From the NCBI GenBank assembly GCA_005191425.1, contig SUPR01000087.1, positions 1 through 14,406 on the forward strand: a DNA stretch of 14,406 nucleotides. Reading direction: 5' to 3'. The DNA comes from Candidatus Helarchaeota ASGARD archaeon Hel_GB_B. Lineage in GTDB: Archaea > Asgardarchaeota > Lokiarchaeia > Helarchaeales > HEL-GB-B. The position numbers and the translations under genes were made by a program. Below are positions 1-7,530 of this stretch, piece by piece. The notes beneath the pieces are model-generated. The model had not been told where the DNA came from and ran no database searches. It saw nothing but the letters and a program-made list of their open reading frames with translations. How positions within the stretch are numbered: the first letter of the stretch is position 1; each line of letters begins with the position of its first letter.

Positions 1-1502
1 AGCTTATTATAAATCCCCAGCCAACAAATGCTGTAGTCCCTTTAATTCCTGGTATAACTGTGTCAGGGATGCCTTTAATTTATGTATTAATTGCAATAGC
101 TGTAATTGCAGTGTCACACGAATTTGCACACGGAGTTGCGGCAAGATTAGAGTCAGTTAAATTAAAATCTGTAGGGGTAATGATCTTACTTTTTTTATTT
201 GCTACATTTGTAGAAGTAGACGAACATGAAATAGCAAAAAGAAAAAAATTAGGGCGTCTAAGTATTTATGCGGCTGGTTCATATTCAAACTTCGTGGTTG
301 GTTTTTTTGTATTTTTGATAATATCTAATATGTATTCTGTAGCGCCTGTTGGAATCGAAATTAAAAGAGTCGTCCCTTATGGGCCTTCATTTGGAATTTT
401 AAAGCCCAAAGATGTTATAATTAAAGTCAATGGTACTTCCATTACCAATAACGCTGGTTTTGACAATCAAATCAGTAAAATTAAGCCTTTACAAATTGCA
501 AATTTTTCTATATTTAATATACTTTCAAATACTTACCGTAATGAGTTAATAAAAACAGGCTTTAACCCTTCATACCTATCGACAGGGCTATCAAGGTGTC
601 GATTTCAACCTGAGCCCAAGATATCTATAGTTACAGGCGTTAATTTAACGCAATTAAATGTAAATATGTTAAAAGAAATTGATAATTCAAAATTAAATTT
701 TGAGTCTAGTTCCAACCAGTTAAACATTACTTTATACTTGAATATTAGTAAATATCCGACTATTTATAAAAATGAAATTACAAAAATAATGGTAAATATT
801 ACTGGTATTTTTAATAATTCAAATAATAACATCTCAATTTATTTGAAAAATCGAAGTAGTCCCTCTAATGATTATTTATTAGGTCAATTTGATAATACAC
901 AATTGATTAATTTTGAATATATAAATATATCATCATCATCTGTAAATTTAAGCCAATTTATTGGCACAAATTTTTTAATAGAATGCAGGATAATTGTTAA
1001 TAATACAAGTGCATTTCGTATGTCTTTGGATGAGTTTAGTTTTTACATTATCACAAACAAAACTATTGGGTGGTATGGTATTTATTCTTATGACTATTAT
1101 CCACCTGTAGGACTTGGTAAATATATATATGGTGCACTTGACCCTCATGAGAACCCATTATTTGAATCGTTTTTCTATATTTGGTTACTATCGTGGGGTA
1201 TTGCATTTATGAATTTACTTCCGATACCATTTTTTGATGGTGATCGATTAATCGTGGACTTAATTTCTAAACCTGGTGAAATATATCCTATTCCTCCTAA
1301 AAAAGAGGATACAGAAACTGAAACAAATGGTTCTAGCAATAAAAAAGATAAGGTTAAAAAAGAAAAACTTCCATGGACCTATAAAAAGACGATAATATGG
1401 GTTATTCGAGGGATCGCGATATTTCTTTTGATATCGAATATTGCGTTATCAATTTATTGGATGGTCATGACTGGAAATTACAATATTTTTGAATTTCTTT
1501 AA
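1..1502 (+). CDS. Site-2 protease (peptidase M50, MBTPS2/S2P-like) with PDZ domain; 5'-truncated at window edge
   Basis: HEFAH zinc motif (117-131), AAGSYSNF segment, PDZ-like GILKPKDVIIKVNG and NLLPIPFFDG third-ligand motif (1212-1241), plus several hydrophobic helices. The frame is open back to base 3 (LIINPQPTNAVVPLIPGITVSG), so the track's GTG at 60 is not the real start. Confidence 0.92.
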   Translation, partial: LIINPQPTNAVVPLIPGITVSGMPLIYVLIAIAVIAVSHEFAHGVAARLESVKLKSVGVMILLFLFATFVEVDEHEIAKRKKLGRLSIYAAGSYSNFVVGFFVFLIISNMYSVAPVGIEIKRVVPYGPSFGILKPKDVIIKVNGTSITNNAGFDNQISKIKPLQIANFSIFNILSNTYRNELIKTGFNPSYLSTGLSRCRFQPEPKISIVTGVNLTQLNVNMLKEIDNSKLNFESSSNQLNITLYLNISKYPTIYKNEITKIMVNITGIFNNSNNNISIYLKNRSSPSNDYLLGQFDNTQLINFEYINISSSSVNLSQFIGTNFLIECRIIVNNTSAFRMSLDEFSFYIITNKTIGWYGIYSYDYYPPVGLGKYIYGALDPHENPLFESFFYIWLLSWGIAFMNLLPIPFFDGDRLIVDLISKPGEIYPIPPKKEDTETETNGSSNKKDKVKKEKLPWTYKKTIIWVIRGIAIFLLISNIALSIYWMVMTGNYNIFEFL

Positions 1503-1513
1503 TTTATTTTTTA

Positions 1514-2470
1514 ATGGTGCAGCAGAAAACGACAAAATGTTCAATCTGTAAAGTAAAAAATGCTGTATATTTTCAAAAACACTCCGGGTTATATTTCTGT
1601 AAAAAAGATTTTATTTTAAGTTTTGAACGGAGAATAAGAAGGAACATCAATAAATATAAATTACTTAAAGAAGATGACATAATTGCGATAGGTGTATCGG
1701 GGGGTAAAGATAGTCTATCGTTATTATACGCACTAAATAAAATTGAAAGTAAATTTACTAAATCAAAATTAATAGCTATTATGATCGATGAAGGAATAAA
1801 AGGGTATCGAAAAGAAGGTATTAAACTAGCCGTTCAAATGACAAAAGAATTAGGAGTTTCTCTTAAAGTATTTTCCTTTAAAGATCTTTTTGGTTATACC
1901 CTAGATGAAATAGTAGAAATTGCTCGTAAGAAATTACCCAACGGTCCAGCTCCTTGTTCATATTGTGGCACTCTTAGAAGAAGAGCTCTAAATTACGGCG
2001 CTAAATCGGTAAACGCAACAAAATTAGCTACAGCTCATAACTTAGATGATGAAGCACAAACTTTTTTAATGAATATTTTGAGAAGTGACATAGACCGGAT
2101 CGGGAGGACTGGGCCCTTAACTCAGAAACTTGATGATTTTTTTGTACCTCGAATAAAACCAATGCGTAATATTCCAGAAAAAGAAATAGTCCTATATGCA
2201 CATTATAATAATATCCCATTTCATGGAGTCGAATGTCCATATGCCCCCATCTCATTTAGAAGCGATATTCGTGATTTTATCAATAAAATGGAACAAATCA
2301 GACCTGGAATAAAATATGCTTTATTAAATTCAGGTGATAAAATTAGAAGTTTTATAACGGTATCTAGACCAATATATACTTGTATTAGGTGTAATCAACC
2401 TTCTACTACAAAAATTTGTAAAGTATGTTCATTATTTGATAAAATTGGACTTACATTAAAAGATTTCTAA
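1514..2470 (+). CDS. ncsA: tRNA 2-thiolation protein, NcsA/Ncs6/Ctu1/TtuA family (TIGR00269-like PP-loop ATPase)
   Basis: N-terminal CxxC...Cxx(D), PP-loop SGGKDS, central CSYC, TAHNLDDEAQT, EKEIVLYA, ECPY, and C-terminal CIRC...CKVC zinc finger. This terminal zinc-finger architecture is that of Ncs6/TtuA rather than TtcA. Confidence 0.88.
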   Translation: MVQQKTTKCSICKVKNAVYFQKHSGLYFCKKDFILSFERRIRRNINKYKLLKEDDIIAIGVSGGKDSLSLLYALNKIESKFTKSKLIAIMIDEGIKGYRKEGIKLAVQMTKELGVSLKVFSFKDLFGYTLDEIVEIARKKLPNGPAPCSYCGTLRRRALNYGAKSVNATKLATAHNLDDEAQTFLMNILRSDIDRIGRTGPLTQKLDDFFVPRIKPMRNIPEKEIVLYAHYNNIPFHGVECPYAPISFRSDIRDFINKMEQIRPGIKYALLNSGDKIRSFITVSRPIYTCIRCNQPSTTKICKVCSLFDKIGLTLKDF

Positions 2471-2503
2471 ATTTAAAATTGATTTTAATTAATGTGAAAA
2501 TAT

Positions 2504-4264
2504 ATGAATATTAAATCTGGCGGGATTATTAATCAAATTCTCGATTTAATCGATAATAATAAAAAGCTTGTTGAAATAAATCAAGATTTCAGAATTAGAA
2601 CTGGGATCTTAAATTTTTTTAAATCTCGCGCTGATATTATGGAATTCAGAAATTTTTTAAATTCATTCAAAAAAATTTATGATAAAAAGAGTGATATGGG
2701 TGATTTTCAAACACCAATGGAGCTGACAGATAAAATTTGCGAATATATTTCAAAAACGGGTTTTAAACCGTCTATACTACTAGAACCAACTTGTGGTAGT
2801 GGAAATTTCATTTTTTCAGCACTAAAATATTTTCCTACTTTAAAATATATTTATTGTGTCGAATTACAAAAAGAATACGATTGGATTTTTAAAGTAAATT
2901 TATTATTGAAATCATTTTCGACCAAAATTAATGTAGAAATCGAATTTTACAAGGATAATATTTTTTCTCATAATTTTTCTGACAAATTTTTTAAATTTTT
3001 AAATTCTCCTTTTAATAAACTTTTAATTTTGGGTAATCCACCTTGGATAACCAATACCCGGCTTTCAAAATTAAACTCTAATAATATCCCTATTAAATCT
3101 AATATAAAAGGTCATAGAGGTATTGAAGCTATCACCGGTAAAGGAAATTTTGATATCGCTGAATATATTATCATTAGCTTACTTGATCAATTTTCTATTT
3201 ATAGCGGAAAAATAGCTATTTTATGTAAAACTTCTGTAGTAAAAAATTTAATCAAAAATATTAACATATTGGACCTAAAAATTTCAAATATTAAGTCATT
3301 ACTGATTGATACGAAAAAAGAATTTAATATAAAAGCTGATGCATCTTTATTTATAGCAGATTTAGGTAGCGAAAAAGAAAAAACATGTAAATTATTATCT
3401 TTTTACAATCCTGACCATATTTATTCCGTTTTTGGATGGGCTGACGATAAATTTGTTTCTAATATGCAATTATATATAAAATTCAAATATATTGATGGAA
3501 AATCACAAATGACATGGAGACAGGGCGTAAAACACGATGCATCAAAAATTATGGTATTAAAAAAGCTGGAAACTGATTTATACATTAACGGCTTAAATGA
3601 GACTATACAATTAGAGGAAGATAGATTATATCCATTTCTAAAAAGTTCAGACCTAAAAAATAGAGTTATTAAAAATTCCGATAAAAAAATAATTGTAACT
3701 CAAACCACCCTAAATGATGATACCACATTACTTGCCAACAAATATCCTAAATTATGGGCATATCTTAATAGCCACTTCAAATATTTAGACAATCGAAAGT
3801 CTGTTGTTTATAAAAATAGGCCAAGATTTTCAATTTTTGGAATTGGTGATTATGCTTTTAAACCTTTTAAAGTAGCAATTTCGGGGTTTTACAAGGAACC
3901 AAATTTCTCTTTAATATTTCCCCACGAAAATAAACCTGTCATGCTCGATGATACTTGTTATTATCTATCTTTTAATAATCTTGAAAATGCATTTTTCACA
4001 TGGTTATTGTTGAGTTTAGATGAGATAAAAATGTTCTTAAAATCAATTGCCTTTTTAGACTCTAAACGCCCCTACACCAAAGATAAACTGATGCGAATAA
4101 GTCTAAATAATATTATTGACAATATTTCATTTGATACATTATTTGACCATTATAAGAAAAATTGCGAGCAGTTCATTTTTTATGATTTTAATGAAAATGA
4201 TTTTAATAAATTTATAAAGTGGAAAAAATCCCCAACTAAAAATGAAGTTTCTAACAATAATTAA
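2504..4264 (+). CDS. Solitary N6-adenine DNA methyltransferase, gamma class (type II-like)
   Basis: GDFQTP (motif X), LEPTCGSGNF (motif I, SAM binding) and GNPPW (motif IV), followed by a long C-terminal target-recognition region. No recognisable nuclease domain; only about 65 aa precede motif X. Confidence 0.85.
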   Translation: MNIKSGGIINQILDLIDNNKKLVEINQDFRIRTGILNFFKSRADIMEFRNFLNSFKKIYDKKSDMGDFQTPMELTDKICEYISKTGFKPSILLEPTCGSGNFIFSALKYFPTLKYIYCVELQKEYDWIFKVNLLLKSFSTKINVEIEFYKDNIFSHNFSDKFFKFLNSPFNKLLILGNPPWITNTRLSKLNSNNIPIKSNIKGHRGIEAITGKGNFDIAEYIIISLLDQFSIYSGKIAILCKTSVVKNLIKNINILDLKISNIKSLLIDTKKEFNIKADASLFIADLGSEKEKTCKLLSFYNPDHIYSVFGWADDKFVSNMQLYIKFKYIDGKSQMTWRQGVKHDASKIMVLKKLETDLYINGLNETIQLEEDRLYPFLKSSDLKNRVIKNSDKKIIVTQTTLNDDTTLLANKYPKLWAYLNSHFKYLDNRKSVVYKNRPRFSIFGIGDYAFKPFKVAISGFYKEPNFSLIFPHENKPVMLDDTCYYLSFNNLENAFFTWLLLSLDEIKMFLKSIAFLDSKRPYTKDKLMRISLNNIIDNISFDTLFDHYKKNCEQFIFYDFNENDFNKFIKWKKSPTKNEVSNNN

Positions 4265-4270
4265 CTATTC

Positions 4271-4277
4271 TTTTTTT
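4271..4277 (+). terminator. Oligo-T tract, probable terminator of the + strand protease/thiolase/methylase unit
   Basis: T7 run 6 nt after the stop codon at 4264. Archaeal terminators are oligo-U tracts, but such runs are common in this AT-rich DNA. Confidence 0.35.
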
Positions 4278-4320
4278 AATTAGGGGTCTGTATTATTGTA
4301 GCCAAGATATTTTCAAATCG

Positions 4321-4349
4321 AAAAAAATAATAAAAAAGGGAGAGAAAAA
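4321..4349 (-). terminator. Oligo-T terminator region of SRP RNA
   Basis: The minus strand reads TTTTTCTCTCCCTTTTTTATTATTTTTTT (T5, T6, T7 runs), starting about 12 nt past the SRP RNA 3' end. Confidence 0.55.
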
Positions 4350-4361
4350 TATTAACCCAAG

Positions 4362-4687
4362 GGTAATGAACACCCAAATTCGAAAGTTCCACTTCTCACC
4401 AGCACCAGGGTCCCTATCTCTGACCCGTATCCTTAAAGCCTCAATCGTTAGGACTTAAGTTGCTACATCCCTGTCCTGGCTCGGTTCGTCCATTAAAGAG
4501 AGTGGTAAGCATCTTCCTTACGGAAGAGACCCTCTCACCGCTGAGCAATAAGGGCGAGCCTTCATTGTCGGAACGGTGGTTGTATGAGAAGCTTCAACAT
4601 CCTCAGTTTGGGCTGTTAGCCCGCCGTATAGAGTTGCGGTCGGAATAATCCTCAAGGCACCTCTACTGCCTCGCCTAGTTCATTACC
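4362..4687 (-). ncRNA. ffs: Archaeal SRP RNA (7S RNA), about 326 nt
   Basis: GC-rich island. The ends pair as helix 1 (GGUAAUGAAC 4687-4678 with GUUCAUUACC 4371-4362). Helix 8 reads CCAGG-ACA-GGGA-UGU-AGCAAC (4479-4459), matching the SRP54-binding consensus CCAGG-nnn-GNRA-nnn-AGCA. Helix 6 is UCUUCC-GUAA-GGAAGA (4527-4512). Alu helices 3 and 4 have complementary loops GUAGAG/CUCUAU, and helix 5 has GCCCAAA/UUUGGGU. Confidence 0.95.
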
Positions 4688-4708
4688 ATTAATTAATATT
4701 AATACAAG

Positions 4709-4726
4709 ATTTAAAAATGTTCTTTA
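4709..4726 (-). promoter_or_regulatory. Putative BRE/TATA promoter of SRP RNA
   Basis: The minus strand has an A-rich AAAGAACA followed by TTTTTAAAT, 22-30 nt upstream of the inferred 5' end at 4687, which is the expected archaeal spacing. Confidence 0.55.
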
Positions 4727-4981
4727 TCTATGATAAATTATTCATAAGAATTTTAATATTATTTTCATTATAGTAAAAATCGGTCTTTATTTAAAAGGAA
4801 TCTTGGATTAAAGAAATTTATTTGGTGTTATTCCATCAAAACTATTTCTATAAAAGCTTTAAATACTGTGTATATATCTTAAATATTCTTATTTTTATTC
4901 CTTATTTAATCTTCATAAAAATAATTTTATTCTAGTATGGAATTTTTTATCATTTTTAAATATCTATCCAGAATTTCTTAT

Positions 4982-4998
4982 AGAAAAAACTTTTTAAA
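4982..4998 (+). promoter_or_regulatory. Putative BRE/TATA promoter of tRNA-Ser
   Basis: AGAAAAAAC-TTTTTAAA about 40 nt upstream of the mature tRNA 5' end, which implies a leader of about 15-18 nt. Confidence 0.4.
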
Positions 4999-5037
4999 GA
5001 TTGATAAATGATTATACTAAATGAAATAAATAAAAAT

Positions 5038-5119
5038 GCCGAGATATCCAAGCCTGGTATGGAGCGGGCCTGCTAAGTCCGTGCAGTAATGCTCGAGGGT
5101 TCGAATCCCTCTCTCGGCG
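5038..5119 (+). tRNA. tRNA-Ser (anticodon GCT), intronless, CCA not encoded
   Basis: Acceptor GCCGAGA/TCTCGGC; D stem TCCA/TGGA with GG; anticodon arm CGGGC-CTGCTAA-GTCCG; variable arm GCA-GTAA-TGC; T arm GAGGG-TTCGAAT-CCCTC; discriminator G (5119) followed by TCCA. Confidence 0.97.
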
Positions 5120-5162
5120 TCCATTTTTGAATATTTGGTTTCTTTTATGGCGTGAATTTTTA

Positions 5163-6125
5163 ATGTTTAGCGTTCTCGACTTATTCTGTGGAGCTGGCGG
5201 CTTTTCTCTTGGCTTTCAAAATGCTGGATACGAAATTATTTGTGGAATTGATATTGATCCTATTGCTTTAGAAACTTATAAAACTAACATTAATTGTAAA
5301 TTCACACTAAATACTGACATATCCGAACTCCATTCGATAGATTTGATAAGAAATTTAAATAATTCTAATCTACCAGAGATCATTATTGCTTCTCCACCTT
5401 GTGAACCCTTTACTATTGCTAATTATAAACGGGAAAAAAACCAACTTTCAAGATTATATAATGACCCTACTGGTAGATTGGTATTAGATGCAATTAGATT
5501 AATTGGAGATTTACAGCCAAAAATTTTTGTAATGGAAAACGTCAAAAATCTTATTGATGGAGACCTTAGGGACGCTATAATTACTGAATTTAAACGAATT
5601 GGTTTTAAAAGCATTTATTTTAATATTATTTCCGCAGAAAAATATGGATGCCCTAGCTCTAGAAGACGCGTTTTCATTTCCAATAAAAGAATAAGGTTAA
5701 AATCAAATAAAATCACCTCTGAACAACATGTAATTAATTTTCTACCAAAAGAATCGTTATATGCACAGCTCCCAAATCATAAAGAAATCTCGATCCCCCA
5801 AAGGTATCATAACAAACTTTATAAATTGAAATGGAAACAGGCATTGGTTTATTTTCAAAGTGCTGCAGGAAAACGGAAAGCTTTTAAAAATTGGGAAAAA
5901 TTAAATCCAAATGATATAGCACCCACAGTAATGGGCAATAGTCAATTTATACATCCATATGAAGATAGAGCCCTGACAGTAAGAGAACATGCCAAATTAA
6001 TGACATTTCCAGATAATTTTATTTTTAAAGGCGGTATTAAAGCACAATATACTCAAGTAGGTGAAGCTGTACCTCCTTTAATCTCATTTAAGATTGCCCA
6101 ATATTTATTAAATCAATACTTATAA
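5163..6125 (+). CDS. C5-cytosine methyltransferase (Dcm fold), solitary, divergent archaeal type
   Basis: Motif I DLFCGAGG, motif IV SPPCEPFT (catalytic PC), motif VI MENV, motif VIII PSSRRRVF, motif IX LTVREHAKLMTFPD, motif X QVGEAVPP. The ATG at 5163 is preferred over the track's TTG at 5127, which lies in the tRNA trailer T-run. Confidence 0.88.
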   Translation: MFSVLDLFCGAGGFSLGFQNAGYEIICGIDIDPIALETYKTNINCKFTLNTDISELHSIDLIRNLNNSNLPEIIIASPPCEPFTIANYKREKNQLSRLYNDPTGRLVLDAIRLIGDLQPKIFVMENVKNLIDGDLRDAIITEFKRIGFKSIYFNIISAEKYGCPSSRRRVFISNKRIRLKSNKITSEQHVINFLPKESLYAQLPNHKEISIPQRYHNKLYKLKWKQALVYFQSAAGKRKAFKNWEKLNPNDIAPTVMGNSQFIHPYEDRALTVREHAKLMTFPDNFIFKGGIKAQYTQVGEAVPPLISFKIAQYLLNQYL

Positions 6126-6339
6126 TAATTATTTATTAAGTTGAATAATAAAAAATATTAGATATTCTTTGTTTTTAATATATTTTATATTTTTCTTTCA
6201 TATTAACTATTTTACAATGTTATTCTAGTCCAGTAAGGTATTCTAAATGAATCTTTCAAAATGAAGTTTAGAAAATTCTTATTCACTATATTGTCAAATG
6301 ATTTAAAAATATCTTTAACAATTTAGTTAAAGAAAAATT

Positions 6340-6738
6340 ATGAAAACAAATGGCAATAAAATTATTAAAATTAACGACAAAGAATATCAAATTCTATGTT
6401 CAATATGTGAAAAAGTTTCGGTTATTTTTAAAGTGGGAGAATTTTTTGGAAAAAAAGGGTTAATTTACTCGGGAATTGTACACAAAACGGTACTTGACTT
6501 AGATTATGCTGATATAATTTTTAGATTATTGGACCAAGGCAAAATTAGCGAAATTCATTCAATACTTAAAAAAACAGCTCTACCTAATATAGAAGATGGG
6601 ATAGATGCGTATTGTCCAGTTTGTGATAAAATATATTGTAAAGAACATTATCAGACTATTGAACATTGGGATAATGGTTTTTTCGATTATATGGAAGGGG
6701 TCTGTCCTGAAGGTCATAAAAGAATAATTGATGATTAA
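6340..6738 (+). CDS. Small hypothetical Cys/His-rich protein, probable zinc binding
   Basis: 132-aa ORF in its own intergenic space with CSIC, CPVC-x4-CKEH-x5-H and a C-terminal CPEGH. No family assignable with confidence. Confidence 0.7.
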   Translation: MKTNGNKIIKINDKEYQILCSICEKVSVIFKVGEFFGKKGLIYSGIVHKTVLDLDYADIIFRLLDQGKISEIHSILKKTALPNIEDGIDAYCPVCDKIYCKEHYQTIEHWDNGFFDYMEGVCPEGHKRIIDD

Positions 6739-6792
6739 TGTCAAAAAGAAATGGTTTGATAATTTTGTAGATTAATTACCAATTTACTAAGT

Positions 6793-7530
6793 TTATAATC
6801 TTTTTAATATTGTATGTCTATGGAGAAAATAACCTAAAACAAATAGAACAATTCCCCAAATACTTAATATAATGAGGTCGTTAAAAATTCCCAGCAGTCC
6901 CACACCACAAGCGCTTTGTAAAAGGTCTACAAAATAAGTTATTGGAGAACAAAGAGCTATATAAAAGAATGTTGGCGATAACTGAGAAAGGGGAATAAAA
7001 ATACCACTTATAAAGATTAAGGGGAATTTAATTAAAGAACTAATTGTCATTATATTTGCAGTTATATCAGTTGGAATAGCTGAAATTAAAGAACCTATTG
7101 ATGAGCTTATCCAAGCCAAAAGAAAATCTCCTAATATAAACCAAATGGTTATCCAGCCAGAAATGGGAAGTAATAATATCAGAAATACATAAATAATGGA
7201 AGTTATAACTACAGCATAAATCATAGAGGAAAGTGTTACACTAAGGATCAAGTCCAATAAAGTAATAGGACATGATATCGTCATTTCAAGGTTTTTCTCC
7301 CTTGTTTCCCATGGAAATATTACCGGACTTATAGCTGTTCCTAAAAAGAATACCGCCATTCCCAAAATTCCACTAAATAATTGTATTGGACTTATTGTCC
7401 TTCCTATTATCCACGCAAAAATCATAAATACTGGTAAAAGGACTCCAAAAACGAGCACTGGACCTTTTTTAAAATAAAGTTCTAAATTTTTTCTAATTAA
7501 TACCCATATCTGTCTCATTCGAACAATCAT
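6793..7530 (-). CDS. ABC-2 type exporter permease
   Basis: Six hydrophobic segments, PWETREKNLE loop, PLIFISGIFIP and SPITYFVD motifs. ATGA overlap with the upstream ATPase stop codon. Confidence 0.85.
   Translation of the reverse strand: MIVRMRQIWVLIRKNLELYFKKGPVLVFGVLLPVFMIFAWIIGRTISPIQLFSGILGMAVFFLGTAISPVIFPWETREKNLEMTISCPITLLDLILSVTLSSMIYAVVITSIIYVFLILLLPISGWITIWFILGDFLLAWISSSIGSLISAIPTDITANIMTISSLIKFPLIFISGIFIPLSQLSPTFFYIALCSPITYFVDLLQSACGVGLLGIFNDLIILSIWGIVLFVLGYFLHRHTILKRL

Noticed and set aside
2028-2255. 75-aa minus-strand ORF
   Set aside because: Antisense shadow inside the well-supported thiolase gene, with no motifs.
4460-4648. 62-aa plus-strand ORF
   Set aside because: Lies entirely antisense to the SRP RNA. 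Stop-free frames are expected in this GC-rich island.
4690-5037. Long AT-rich intergenic regions (also 6126-6339, 8451-8827, 9221-9440, 11066-11326) as possible CRISPR arrays, iterons, IS ends or SECIS elements
   Set aside because: No regularly spaced direct repeats, terminal inverted repeats or stable hairpins seen by eye, and no ORF shows an in-frame TGA suggesting selenocysteine read-through.
1514-5119. Idea that the thiolase is a TtcA making s2C32 on the nearby tRNA-Ser(GCU), which has C32
   Set aside because: The terminal zinc fingers and EKEIVLYA motif indicate the Ncs6/NcsA/TtuA group (2-thiouridine), so the proximity is probably coincidental.
5095-5123. tRNA 3' end as an attachment site of an integrated element
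   Set aside because: No second copy of this sequence, integrase or phage/plasmid gene was seen in the window. It cannot be excluded beyond the window edges.
5423-5614. 63-aa minus-strand ORF
   Set aside because: Antisense shadow of the C5 methyltransferase.
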